Below, piece by piece: positions 1 through 9,595 of a stretch of 64,000 nt of DNA (the stretch's first letter is position 1; the number at the start of each line of letters is the position of its first letter). The position numbers and the translations under genes were made by a program. This DNA comes from Myxococcota bacterium (GTDB taxonomy: Bacteria; Myxococcota_A; SURF-8): assembly GCA_965140415.1 (NCBI GenBank), contig OZ223209.1, positions 2,304,001 through 2,368,000 on the forward strand, written 5' to 3'. The notes below the pieces were generated by a model that was given only the letters and a program-made list of their open reading frames with translations, had not been told where the DNA came from and searched no databases.

Positions 1-269
1 ATCCAGGTCAACGGCTTCTCGAACTTGCCGATGAACACATACTGCCGGATCAATTCCACCAATTGAATCGGGCGTTCTTCCTTCAATACGACTTCGGCCA
101 GCATCAGGTGCAGCAGCAGGCTTAGGCCGAAGGCGATGCACAGGATCATCAACACGGTCATGATTCCGTTTTGTGCAGCTAAATATGGCACTGCCATGAT
201 GCCGCCGCCGATGCCCAATCCGGCGATCACCGCCGCCGCTTCGAATAATGTCAGTTGTTTTGTCGTCAA
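1..269 (-). CDS. Amino-acid permease, HAAAP/aromatic amino acid transporter family (5' part; runs off window edge)
   Basis: Not in the ORF track; manual translation from TTG at 269 gives MTTKQLTLFEAAAVIAGLGIGGGIMAVPYLAAQNG...LMLAEV, matching the TyrP/Mtr-like IGxGxxAxP motif. AAGGA RBS upstream. Confidence 0.75.
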   Translation of the reverse strand, partial: MTTKQLTLFEAAAVIAGLGIGGGIMAVPYLAAQNGIMTVLMILCIAFGLSLLLHLMLAEVVLKEERPIQLVELIRQYVFIGKFEKPLTW

Positions 270-278
270 TGCGAGTGT

Positions 279-1310
279 TTATCCTTGCGCCATGGTCCGG
301 CAATCCTGCCAGACACGAAGAAAATTCAAACCGAGAATTTTACGAATGCGTTCTTCCGAATAGCCGTTTTCAAGCATCAGTTGCGTGATACGCGGCATAT
401 CGGAGGTGTCGCGCAGGTCAAAGGGCGTGGGGATGTAGCCGTCGAAGTCGCTACCGATGGAGGCATGATCCTCTCCCACGGTCTGCACGATATGGTCGAT
501 GTGACGGAATATCGCTTTCGCTCCAAGACGTTTGTTGTTCGTGATGTAGCTGGGAGAAAAGATCACTCCCACCGTGCCGCCTTTATCCGCCAAAGCGCGC
601 AGCATGTCATCGTCGATGTTGCGCCAGTGCGGCATGGCTCCGGTTACGCCGCCATGCGATACCAGGCAGGGTGATTTGGAAAGCCTTACGGCGTCCAGGA
701 ATCCGGGGCGATTGACATGGGCCACATCGACGATCACACCCACTCGATTCATCTCCATAATCAGATCACGACCCCAGTCGGTCAACCCGGCTTGAGGATT
801 GGCTTTGAGTCCCTTGGCGCAGGAAGCGGCTTGATTGGAACTGAAGTGGGTCAGGGTGATGTAGCGAACGCCCAGCTCGTGGGCTTTGACAACATTCTCC
901 AGTTCGCCACCCAGATCGTGTGCGCCTTCCATGCCAAGGAAACCGCAGCGAATACCCTTCTTTTTCGCTTCCAAAGCCGCTTCCGGTGACTCCGCCTGCA
1001 CCAGTTCCCCATCGGAGCGTTTGCAGGCATCATGAAACAACTCGATCTGGCGCAAGGCGCTTGGGAAACAGTTTTTCGGTTTCAGCAGTGGATTGACGAC
1101 CACCCCGAATGCGATGAAATCGACGCCGCCCTCTCTCATGCGGGGTAGATCGGTATGCGAAAAGAGCGCTCCTCCCGGTAGCCAGGCGCTATGACGTTTT
1201 AAAAAATCATAGCCGAATTGCCGGGCGATCAAAAAGGAATCCACGTGCAGATCCGCCACAAACGCATCTTCGTGCAGCAGGCGGGCTTCTTTTGAAACTT
1301 CAACAGTCAT
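279..1310 (-). CDS. Membrane (renal-type) dipeptidase, peptidase M19
   Basis: Motifs DLHVD, GMEG, ITLTH, DVAH, SH, GSDFDG and KILGLNFLRV. Confidence 0.92.
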   Translation of the reverse strand: MTVEVSKEARLLHEDAFVADLHVDSFLIARQFGYDFLKRHSAWLPGGALFSHTDLPRMREGGVDFIAFGVVVNPLLKPKNCFPSALRQIELFHDACKRSDGELVQAESPEAALEAKKKGIRCGFLGMEGAHDLGGELENVVKAHELGVRYITLTHFSSNQAASCAKGLKANPQAGLTDWGRDLIMEMNRVGVIVDVAHVNRPGFLDAVRLSKSPCLVSHGGVTGAMPHWRNIDDDMLRALADKGGTVGVIFSPSYITNNKRLGAKAIFRHIDHIVQTVGEDHASIGSDFDGYIPTPFDLRDTSDMPRITQLMLENGYSEERIRKILGLNFLRVWQDCRTMAQG

Positions 1311-1313
1311 CGC

Positions 1314-2414
1314 TTATTTCCTTACGGTACTGTTCTCCGGTTCGTAAAAACGATGCAGTACTGGGGGCAGATTGTGATAATCAACGCTTTTAGCCAATTC
1401 GGATAGATCCACGGAGTTGAACGTATTCCAGAACAACACCGGTCCGGCGGCTGCGCCCTGCTTGTTAAGTGCATCCAGCATGGCTGCGAAGGCTTTTCCG
1501 GTGTAGGTGGTGTCCAATAGTACGCCATGCTGCCCTGCGATACCCACCGCTTGTTGCGCCGCCTCCGTCACATAGCCGTATCCCTTCCCCAGGTAGCCGT
1601 CTACCATATTGATCTGCCAGGGACGAACGGCAGCAAGCCGTTTCTTTAGTCCATGCTTTTTCATGATGGAAATGCAATTGTTGATCAGGTAACAGACCGC
1701 AACGCTGTTGGTTCCGATGCGTGGGAAAACCCGCACGCCGTAAATCGGAATGTTTCGACCGGCAAGTTGCAAACCCAGCACCAGACCGGCCAAGGTGCCG
1801 TTACTGCCTTGCGCGACGAAAATCGCTTTGGGTTCGGGAAGTTCGCCCAAACGGATCTGCTCATCCAGTTCCAGCGCCGCATTGACATGTCCCAGCGTTC
1901 CCAAAGGTGAACTCCCACCGGGAGGAATGCTGTAAATGTCACCCAATCCCCGAAGTTTTGCCGTTGCCAGAAAGGCGCTCATGCGTGCGGCGAGCATGAC
2001 ATAAGAAGGCTGAAACGTGAGACTCGCTCCGAAATGCGAGTAGAGCTTCATGCTTTTTCGGCAATGGTCGGTGCAGGGTTGCTCGTACATAAATAAGTGG
2101 CAGTCTAATCCCAATTGCCTGGCGAAGATCAATGTAGCCATACTATGATTGCTGCCGATACCGCCGATGGTGGCTACCGCTCGCGCATCTTGCCGGATGG
2201 CTTCTGCGAATAGAAACTCCAGTTTACGCACCTTGTTGCCGCCGTAACTCGGATTGGAGCGGTCGTTCTGTTTGATCCAGATTTCAGCTCCATCATAACA
2301 TGCGCCAAGTTCATCCAGACGCCGCACCGGGGTTGGAAGATCGGCCAATTCAATGCGCGGGATGGAGCGCAACTCCGGGAAGCGTTCGAAAAGTGGAAAA
2401 CCACCGGGTGTCAT
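1314..2414 (-). CDS. PLP-dependent D-cysteine desulfhydrase / ACC deaminase family enzyme
   Basis: GGNKVRKLEF (PLP lysine), SNH, PPGGS and LLDTTYTGKA motifs. Start moved to the ATG at 2414, which has an AGGA RBS. Confidence 0.88.
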   Translation of the reverse strand: MTPGGFPLFERFPELRSIPRIELADLPTPVRRLDELGACYDGAEIWIKQNDRSNPSYGGNKVRKLEFLFAEAIRQDARAVATIGGIGSNHSMATLIFARQLGLDCHLFMYEQPCTDHCRKSMKLYSHFGASLTFQPSYVMLAARMSAFLATAKLRGLGDIYSIPPGGSSPLGTLGHVNAALELDEQIRLGELPEPKAIFVAQGSNGTLAGLVLGLQLAGRNIPIYGVRVFPRIGTNSVAVCYLINNCISIMKKHGLKKRLAAVRPWQINMVDGYLGKGYGYVTEAAQQAVGIAGQHGVLLDTTYTGKAFAAMLDALNKQGAAAGPVLFWNTFNSVDLSELAKSVDYHNLPPVLHRFYEPENSTVRK

Positions 2415-2637
2415 AGGTTTTTCCTGAATTGAAATCAATAACCATTCCGATTGTGACGTAAAAATAACACTCCCAACCCATACTGGCAAGCAATCATCTT
2501 GTGGAAATGATGGCGTAAAAGCGGAAGGCTTGCTAAAATATGCCCGCCTGTATCCGTGTGGTTTCGGGAAGAAGCAGACAGGCTATCGCATCTATCGGTT
2601 GTTTATTGCGGAGATTGCACGTTAGAAAGGACTAGTC

Positions 2638-3336
2638 ATGGCACAAATGCCCGTATTCAAAGGATTTCCGAAAGATATCATTCCTTTTCTAGAAGAACTG
2701 AAGGCGTACAATTCCAAGGTTTGGTTCGAAGAGAATCGCGACCGATTCAACGAGTCCGTGTTGGAGCCGGCAAAAGCTTTTATCGATGCCATGGGCTTGC
2801 GACTGGGAGAGTTTTCTTCGCATTATCATGCGCTTGCGAAAGTCGATGGCTCGATTTTCCGGTTACATCGCGATGTTCGTTTCAGTAAAGACAAAAGCCC
2901 CTACAAAACGCATCTGGGTATGTTCATCTGGGAAGGCGGCAGACCGAAAATGGAATGTCCCGGTTTGTACGTCCACATCGAGCCGCCCACGTTGTTTATC
3001 GGTGGTGGTTTGTACCGATTTCCCAAGCCGTTGTTGTTAGCCTATCGTGATTCGGTCATGCATCCAAAACATGGTGAGCAGTTGGTGGAGATCATTGACG
3101 AGTTGAGAAAATGGGAACTCACGATCGGTGGCGAGTTCTACAAGCGTGTGCCCTCCGGCTTCGACAAAGAGCACGAACGAGCCGATTTGTTGAAGTATGC
3201 CGGTCTGCATGCCGGAGTGGAAGTGCCGCTTCCCAGGCAGTTGCATACAGGTGAATTCGTCGAATACGTTACAGAAACGTATCGACCCATACTTCCCCTG
3301 CATCGCTGGTTGTTGGAAATGATTCAGCGCGCCTGA
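2638..3336 (+). CDS. DUF2461 family protein
   Basis: Contains FLEELKAYNSKVWF and the signature IFRLHRDVRFSKDKSPYK. Confidence 0.88.
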   Translation: MAQMPVFKGFPKDIIPFLEELKAYNSKVWFEENRDRFNESVLEPAKAFIDAMGLRLGEFSSHYHALAKVDGSIFRLHRDVRFSKDKSPYKTHLGMFIWEGGRPKMECPGLYVHIEPPTLFIGGGLYRFPKPLLLAYRDSVMHPKHGEQLVEIIDELRKWELTIGGEFYKRVPSGFDKEHERADLLKYAGLHAGVEVPLPRQLHTGEFVEYVTETYRPILPLHRWLLEMIQRA

Positions 3337-3352
3337 AATAGACGCGCTGAAT
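3322..3352. terminator. Hairpin at the convergent DUF2461/sdhB junction (possible bidirectional terminator)
   Basis: 10-bp inverted repeat ATTCAGCGCG...CGCGCTGAAT; no strong U-tract. Confidence 0.5.
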
Positions 3353-3366
3353 GAGGGCTCATCGAA

Positions 3367-4068
3367 TTAATAGCGATTGAACGCCAGTTTCTTTTTGATC
3401 TGAGAGAAGTGCCAGGTCAGATTGATCTCTTTCGGACAGGCTTCCACACAGTTAAAGATGGTGTAGCACTTGTAGATGCCCTTCTTGTTGTCCAGGATCT
3501 TCAAGCGCTCATCGCCCGCACGGTCCCGCGTATCGAAGATAAAGCGATAGGCTTTCAGCATCGCCGCCGGTCCAAGATACTCTTCATCCGCCCACTTGGA
3601 GGGGCAAGAATAGGTGCAGGCTCCACACAGAATGCATTTGGTGGCTTCCTCGATCTTGTCGAAATCTTCCGGTGCTTGCAGACGTTCCTTGGCGGGGGCT
3701 GGTTCGTCGTTGCACAGGTAGGGCATCACCTGTTGGTAGGCCGCCCAGAAGTTGTCCTGATTGATGGACAGATCTTTATCGACCGGTGCGCCCGGCAGCG
3801 GTTCGAAACGGACCTTGGTGCCTTTGATGTCCTTGACCAGCGTGGAGCAGGCCAGCACGTTTTCGCCATTGACGTTCATGGCGCAACTGCCGCAGACGGC
3901 GTGTCCGCAGCTTTTTCGATAGGTCAGGGTGCCGTCTTGGGTCCATTTGATGCGATTCAGCACGTCCAGCAGCCGCTCTTCCGGCGCGGCTTCGATCGTA
4001 TAGGTTTGATCGTAGGGCTTGCTATCCTTTTCAGGATCGAAGCGTTTGATCGTCACTTCCAGTTGCAT
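3367..4068 (-). CDS. sdhB: Succinate dehydrogenase iron-sulfur subunit
   Basis: SCGHAVCGSC [2Fe-2S], CILCGACTYSCP and CYTIFNCVEACP motifs; GGAGGA RBS before the ATG at 4068. Confidence 0.95.
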   Translation of the reverse strand: MQLEVTIKRFDPEKDSKPYDQTYTIEAAPEERLLDVLNRIKWTQDGTLTYRKSCGHAVCGSCAMNVNGENVLACSTLVKDIKGTKVRFEPLPGAPVDKDLSINQDNFWAAYQQVMPYLCNDEPAPAKERLQAPEDFDKIEEATKCILCGACTYSCPSKWADEEYLGPAAMLKAYRFIFDTRDRAGDERLKILDNKKGIYKCYTIFNCVEACPKEINLTWHFSQIKKKLAFNRY

Positions 4069-4088
4069 GGGATCCTCCACCGCCGTGT

Positions 4089-5828
4089 TTAGTAAGTCCG
4101 TTCCTTGGGCTGATAGCGCAGAATATTCACTGGTCGGTACGTAAAGACCGGCTCGCCGTCTTCTCCCCGATTCACCAGCGTATGTTTGAGCCAGTTCTCG
4201 TCGTCCCGTTTGGGGAAGTCGTCACGGGCGTGTGCGCCACGGCTTTCCTGGCGCAGCAGGGCTCCGGCTGCGATGGTTTGCGCCGTTTCCAGGATGTAGC
4301 CCATTTCGAAGGCTTCCAGAAGATCGGTATTCATACGCTTGCCTTGGTCCTGAATGGTGCATTTCGCATGGCGGAGTTTAAGTTCTTTCAGGTCTTTTAA
4401 GGCAACTTTAAGGGTTTCTTCGGTGCGGAAGACGGAGACATTGTCCATCATGGTTTTTTCGCATTCCTCGCGAATCCGGTACAGCGGTTCGCCGCCGTTT
4501 TTATCCCAGAAGGACGCCATACGGGCTTCCACTCCGGCGGTGGGATTTTCGGGCAGTTCCGGCATCGGCATACTCGGCACCAGTTCCACCATTTTCTTTC
4601 CGGCTCGACGACCGAAGACGACCAGATCCAATAGCGAGTTGGTGCCTAGTCGATTGGCTCCGTGCACCGATACGCAGGCGCATTCGCCCGCCGCGTAGAA
4701 ACCAGTTACCGGTGTGGCGTCGCCGTCCATAATGACCTGGGATTCCTTGTTGGTGGGAATGCCACCCATCGCGTAGTGAGCCGTCGGCGCCACCGGAATC
4801 GGCTGGTCCGCCGGATCGAAGCCGAAATAGGTTTTCACGAAACCGGAGATTTCCGGCAGTTTCTTTTCCAGCACTTCGCGTCCGACGTGACGTACATCCA
4901 AATGGACGTAATCCTTGCCGCCGATGCCGCGACCGGCCTTGACTTCTTCGAAGATCGCCCGGGAGACCATGTCGCGCGGGGCCAGATCCTTGATCGTCGG
5001 TGCGTAGCGCTCCATGAAACGCTCGCCCTTGTCGTTCAACAGGATGCCACCCTCGCCGCGAGCGCCTTCGGTGATCAGAATGCCGATGCGGTACATGCCG
5101 GTCGGATGGAATTGCACGAATTCCATATCTTGCAGTGGTAGACCGGCGTTGTAAACGATTGCCATGCCGTCGCCGGTATAGGCGAAGGCGTTGCTGGTGG
5201 TTTTAAAGGCGCGTCCGTATCCGCCGGTAGCGAACATCACGCTTTTTGCATGGAAGGTGATCAGCCCACCCTTGCGGATGTCATAGGCGACGACGCCGGA
5301 GACCACGTTTTCCTGTTTACTATAGAGTAAGTCGAGCACCTGGACTTCATCGTAGAAGTGTACGCCGTGCTTGATGCATTGTTCGTACAAGGTGTGCAGA
5401 ATGGCGTGGCCGGTGCGGTCGGCGGCGTGACAGGCGCGCATGACCGGGCGTGCGCCGAATTCGGCGGTGTGGCCACCGAAACGCCGCTGGGAGATGCGTC
5501 CGTCTTCGATGCGGGAAAACGGTACCCCGAAATGCTCCAACTCGATGATGGCGCGTGGCGCGTCATAGCAGAGCACCTCGATGGCGTCCTGATCGCCCAG
5601 GTAATCACCTCCTTTGATGGTATCGTACATGTGCCATTCTGGGCTGTCTTCTTCCAGGTTGCCTAAAGCTGCGCTGATTCCGCCTTGTGCCGCACCGGAA
5701 TGGGAGCGCGAGGGGTAGAGCTTGCTGACAACGGCTACGTCGATGTGTCCGGTAAGCGCCGTTTCAAGCGCCGCGCGTAAACCGGCGATTCCGGCCCCGA
5801 CAACGACGACATCGTGTTGTATAATCAT
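4089..5828 (-). CDS. sdhA: Succinate dehydrogenase flavoprotein subunit
   Basis: GAGIAG Rossmann motif, RSHSGAAQGG covalent-FAD His, QFHPTG, HGANRLG and ESRGAH. Confidence 0.97.
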   Translation of the reverse strand: MIIQHDVVVVGAGIAGLRAALETALTGHIDVAVVSKLYPSRSHSGAAQGGISAALGNLEEDSPEWHMYDTIKGGDYLGDQDAIEVLCYDAPRAIIELEHFGVPFSRIEDGRISQRRFGGHTAEFGARPVMRACHAADRTGHAILHTLYEQCIKHGVHFYDEVQVLDLLYSKQENVVSGVVAYDIRKGGLITFHAKSVMFATGGYGRAFKTTSNAFAYTGDGMAIVYNAGLPLQDMEFVQFHPTGMYRIGILITEGARGEGGILLNDKGERFMERYAPTIKDLAPRDMVSRAIFEEVKAGRGIGGKDYVHLDVRHVGREVLEKKLPEISGFVKTYFGFDPADQPIPVAPTAHYAMGGIPTNKESQVIMDGDATPVTGFYAAGECACVSVHGANRLGTNSLLDLVVFGRRAGKKMVELVPSMPMPELPENPTAGVEARMASFWDKNGGEPLYRIREECEKTMMDNVSVFRTEETLKVALKDLKELKLRHAKCTIQDQGKRMNTDLLEAFEMGYILETAQTIAAGALLRQESRGAHARDDFPKRDDENWLKHTLVNRGEDGEPVFTYRPVNILRYQPKERTY

Positions 5829-5856
5829 AGGTTTCTCCTACGGGTTTCTCTCAAAA

Positions 5857-6210
5857 TCAGACCAGGGTGAACAAGCCCCAGATCAACAGAACCAGTCCCA
5901 GCGCCCATACAGCCCAAGTCGCGGCCATGCGTGAAAAATCGCAGCGAATATAGTCGTCTACCGCGTTTAGCACGCCGTTTAAACCATGACCGATGGCCAT
6001 CAGCAAAAACACAACGTAAAAGAGCTGCATCCAGGGATTGGCGAAGCGTTCTGCCACCTGCTCAGGAGTCAACGGAACGGCCTTGAATTCCGCCAGGCTG
6101 AAGTGGACCATCAGCATGTGACCCAGCAGCGTCAATAACAGCACAACGCCGGAAAAGCGCTGGAAGATCCACCAGAAGGTGTAACTGCGTTTGGTTTCCG
6201 CAGGTCTCAT
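5857..6210 (-). CDS. sdhD: Succinate dehydrogenase hydrophobic anchor subunit
   Basis: Three TM helices, QRFSG, HGLNG and DDY; position in the sdh operon. Confidence 0.85.
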   Translation of the reverse strand: MRPAETKRSYTFWWIFQRFSGVVLLLTLLGHMLMVHFSLAEFKAVPLTPEQVAERFANPWMQLFYVVFLLMAIGHGLNGVLNAVDDYIRCDFSRMAATWAVWALGLVLLIWGLFTLV

Positions 6211-6626
6211 GCCGCACCTCCCGTTCCCTTATGCAGGACATGAAGCAGCATCAGTCCGCCGAAAATCACCATCAATACGGCATAGACCGCCATCATGATC
6301 CACCACAGCTTCTTGTGGTAGCGCGCCCCGTTGCCGAAATCGACGATCAGCACCCGGATGCCGTTGAGGGCGTGGTACAGCACTGCACCCAACAATGCGA
6401 TTTCCAGCAATCCAAACAGCGGATTGGAGAGGATGCCATAAATCTGGTCGAATTCTTTGGCCCGCAATACCGGATCGGCGATCGTGGCGGCTTCTTTAAA
6501 GGAGCGCGTCACGAAAATATGCAGGGTCAGATAGAAAATCAGTCCAAGTCCGGTCAATCGGTGGAGCAGCCAGGCAAACATGCCGGTCCTCCACTTGTAC
6601 CGCAATAGCTGGATGTTGCTACTCAT
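6207..6626 (-). CDS. sdhC: Succinate dehydrogenase cytochrome b subunit
   Basis: LHRLTG and YHALNGIR motifs; three TM helices. Confidence 0.9.
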   Translation of the reverse strand: MSSNIQLLRYKWRTGMFAWLLHRLTGLGLIFYLTLHIFVTRSFKEAATIADPVLRAKEFDQIYGILSNPLFGLLEIALLGAVLYHALNGIRVLIVDFGNGARYHKKLWWIMMAVYAVLMVIFGGLMLLHVLHKGTGGAA

Positions 6627-6764
6627 GCAATAGCCTCCAAGGACAAGGTAACGGTTGGTGTGGACACAAGGTCCGACTCGATCTGTTGTCGAACAGTGCC
6701 GTATTCTGTAGCACTACCGTCAGGTCTTGTCAAGGAGCGGGCGACATGTGACGGCACTTTCTAG

Positions 6765-6776
6765 GAAAACGTTTTC
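6765..6776. promoter_or_regulatory. LacI-family/cre-like palindrome upstream of sdhC
   Basis: Perfect 12-bp palindrome GAAAACGTTTTC, ~30 bp upstream of a minus-strand TTGACA (6728-6733). Confidence 0.5.
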
Positions 6777-7093
6777 GTAAGTAAGGAATACTCCGGATCG
6801 TAGGGATCTCATGTACTTGCTCTACACGGTTTTATAATGTATTGAAAAGAATTCCGAGCGCTAAGAGAAAAATCTTGATCCACTTTTGCCTTCCTGTTAA
6901 ACAAATGAACAGGGGCGAGCAAGTATTTGACATCTTTTAAGGTTTTACGAGGGGAGCGAGCTGTCGGTTGTGCCGGTCAACGTCTCGAATCGTGTGATGA
7001 CTTTCTAAGATTACTTCTGTTTTCCGGCTCGAATTTCCCAGCAATTACCAGGGAGAAGCATTTGAACGGTAAGGCGAGTGCAAGCGAGGCTAT

Positions 7094-8353
7094 ATGCTGA
7101 AGAATCAACCTCTTTCGAGGGGCATATGGACCGTGCTGGATCAGGGCTTGACGGCGGCAGGCAATTTCGTCGCAGCTTTTTTACTGGCTCGCTATGTTTC
7201 CAAAGAGGAATTCGGCGCTTTTGTGATCGTCTATGCCATTGGTAACCTGCTGCTGGGTATCAATCATTCGCTGGTGTACACACCGGCCAGCCTGTACGGC
7301 TCCAAAGCACCCCATGAGGTTCTACGAAGTTACGACCGGGCTGTCGTTCTGTCTCTTCTGGTTTTCTCGCTGCTATTCTTTGTGGTTGGTCTGATTATCG
7401 CTGCCACCGGAGTGGCGCTTGACGGTGGCGTGCTTTTCACCGTTGCGGCCTGGTATGTCGTACCGTTGTTTTTCCGCAGCCTGATGGAAGGTGCCAGGCG
7501 GTTACTGGTCATTAAAGGAGTGCCGAATCTGGCTTTTGTGACCAGTTGCGTTCGCCTGATGGTTATTCTGCTTGGTGCAGGATTGTTGATCCGTGAGCAG
7601 GCGTTTACCATTCCGACAATGTTGGCAGTCTTGGGACTTAGCTCGGCATTATCCGCTTTATACGGCTTATGGGTATTGCGCTACCATCTGGGACGCCAGC
7701 CGGGTGGCAGTATCCGTGAAGCATTGAAGAAGAATGTGATTTATGGGCGCTGGATTTTGGGTTTTCAGGCGCTGATTTCTCTGTCACAACAGGCGCACTC
7801 CTACATTACAGGAAGTTTGTTGGGACTGGCTGCCGTGGGCGCGATCGGAGCCTTTTTGCAATTGTTCGGCCCGTTGAACATTTATTCGTTTTCGATACAA
7901 AGCTTCGTGATTCCGGAAGTCAGTCGCAAGGGCTCGGTGCGTGAAGCAGGTGGACTTGCTTATCTGCGGAAATTATACCTGGTATTAGGTGTGGTGCCGC
8001 TGCTCTATCTGGGAATCATTGCCGTGGCCGGTGAGCCGCTGGTGGATTGGTTGTTTAAGGGAAAATACACCGAGTACGCCGATTGTCTGTACATCTTCTG
8101 TATTGTGTATGCGATCAACTACCTGACCGCCTACAAGATCACATTGGCAACATTACTGGAAATTCCTCACAAATTGATTTGGGCGGCGGGTTATAAATTG
8201 CTGGGATTTGTCCTGTTGGGAGTTCCTGCTGTATTGTTATGGAATGTCTTTGGTGCGGCTTTGATGACGCTAGGTGGCGATAGCTTGTATCTGGCCTATT
8301 ATCTCGTAAAAGTGCGTGAACCGAAGACGCTGCAAGGAGCGAAGGATGAGTAA
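7094..8353 (+). CDS. Polysaccharide flippase (Wzx-like, MOP family)
   Basis: Multi-TM protein with N-terminal LARYVSKEEFG, typical of Wzx; lies in a sugar locus. Confidence 0.8.
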   Translation: MLKNQPLSRGIWTVLDQGLTAAGNFVAAFLLARYVSKEEFGAFVIVYAIGNLLLGINHSLVYTPASLYGSKAPHEVLRSYDRAVVLSLLVFSLLFFVVGLIIAATGVALDGGVLFTVAAWYVVPLFFRSLMEGARRLLVIKGVPNLAFVTSCVRLMVILLGAGLLIREQAFTIPTMLAVLGLSSALSALYGLWVLRYHLGRQPGGSIREALKKNVIYGRWILGFQALISLSQQAHSYITGSLLGLAAVGAIGAFLQLFGPLNIYSFSIQSFVIPEVSRKGSVREAGGLAYLRKLYLVLGVVPLLYLGIIAVAGEPLVDWLFKGKYTEYADCLYIFCIVYAINYLTAYKITLATLLEIPHKLIWAAGYKLLGFVLLGVPAVLLWNVFGAALMTLGGDSLYLAYYLVKVREPKTLQGAKDE

Positions 8354-9581
8354 GGCTAGCTTGACCCATCGCATGATGATCTGGTTCGGCATTGGACTGG
8401 GCTTATTGACCCTGGTCGTGTTTTTCGTCTACCTCACAAAAGATTATGCCGGAACTTCGCTGTCCTACGTGAGGTGGATGCTGTTGTTGATGATGGGTGG
8501 ATATCTCGGTGCGATGAGGATCGCTATCGGCGCGCCCAGGCACCAGAGAATGCCATTGTCCGGATGGTTTTCCTTTGCATTTATTGTGTGGATGTTCGTC
8601 AGCGGCTCTCTTAGCGAGCGACCTCTGGTTGCATATGAGAAGGCGGGAGCGTTTCTAATCACTTGGGGGGCAACGTACCTTATGTTGCGCCGGGTGTTCG
8701 TTGGAGAAAAGATACAAAAAGCGATTTCTATTTTGCTGGTGATCAGCGTTTTCATATTTTTGAATCTGTTCTTTACAATGGATCTGTTCCAAACTCAAAT
8801 CGGTACCAGGCGTGTGGTTGGCGATCTGAATACGCCGAATCTGGCGGCGATCAGCGCCATGGTGCTGGTGTTTTTCACGGTTGTGCAGATCGCATTCCGA
8901 TTGCGGAAAAAATCGATAAATCTCTTTTCATATCTGACAGCGGGGGCCCTATTGCTGTTGTCGTTGGTAACGATTGTAGGTGCCGGAACGCGCTCCGTAT
9001 TTTTGGGAGTTGGTGCTGGATTTGTGGCCGAGCGTTTCTCTAAAGGCTTTTTACGAACGACGATTTTGATCATTCTGGCAACGCCTGTTCTCATGTATTT
9101 CGGCGGAGATGCATTAGAATGGTACCGATCCCAACAAACTTTCCAGCGCGAAGAAATTTCCACCGGGCGTATTGATTTGTACAAGCAGCAAATCGACATT
9201 CTGGGCAATCATCTGTTCTTTGGAACCGGTGTTGGCGTGCCGGTGCTGCATGAGGGAATCATTCGCGATGTTCGGGCGGGAAGCCACAACTCGTATCTGG
9301 GGTCCACTGTTGAAACGGGTGTCTTCGGTGGTCTATTGTTCCTTGGATGGGTGGGAATGTGTATGCTGGAAGCCTACCGCTATGCCAGGAGGTCCGGTTC
9401 CGGCTGGGTGGCTGATTTCGTTTTGCTTTATGTTGTGGGGTTTGCCGCCGTTGCAACGGTTGAATTGATTTTGTTTACGGTCGGCAATCCATTGATGGTC
9501 GCTTTTTATGCACTGGTTGCGACCATTCCAAGTACTCCGCGGGGAACCAGTGAGCCATCATCGCTGTCGGATCCGTCTTGA
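8346..9581 (+). CDS. O-antigen polymerase/ligase family (Wzy_C) membrane protein
   Basis: About 10 TM helices with TGR, FFGTGVG and SHNSYLGSTVETGVFG motifs. Confidence 0.8.
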   Translation: MSKASLTHRMMIWFGIGLGLLTLVVFFVYLTKDYAGTSLSYVRWMLLLMMGGYLGAMRIAIGAPRHQRMPLSGWFSFAFIVWMFVSGSLSERPLVAYEKAGAFLITWGATYLMLRRVFVGEKIQKAISILLVISVFIFLNLFFTMDLFQTQIGTRRVVGDLNTPNLAAISAMVLVFFTVVQIAFRLRKKSINLFSYLTAGALLLLSLVTIVGAGTRSVFLGVGAGFVAERFSKGFLRTTILIILATPVLMYFGGDALEWYRSQQTFQREEISTGRIDLYKQQIDILGNHLFFGTGVGVPVLHEGIIRDVRAGSHNSYLGSTVETGVFGGLLFLGWVGMCMLEAYRYARRSGSGWVADFVLLYVVGFAAVATVELILFTVGNPLMVAFYALVATIPSTPRGTSEPSSLSDPS

Positions 9582-9595
9582 AAGGAGAACGCCCT

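Noticed and set aside
1314-2414. ACC deaminase (acdS) call
   Set aside because: Has Thr (YTGK) rather than the diagnostic Glu.
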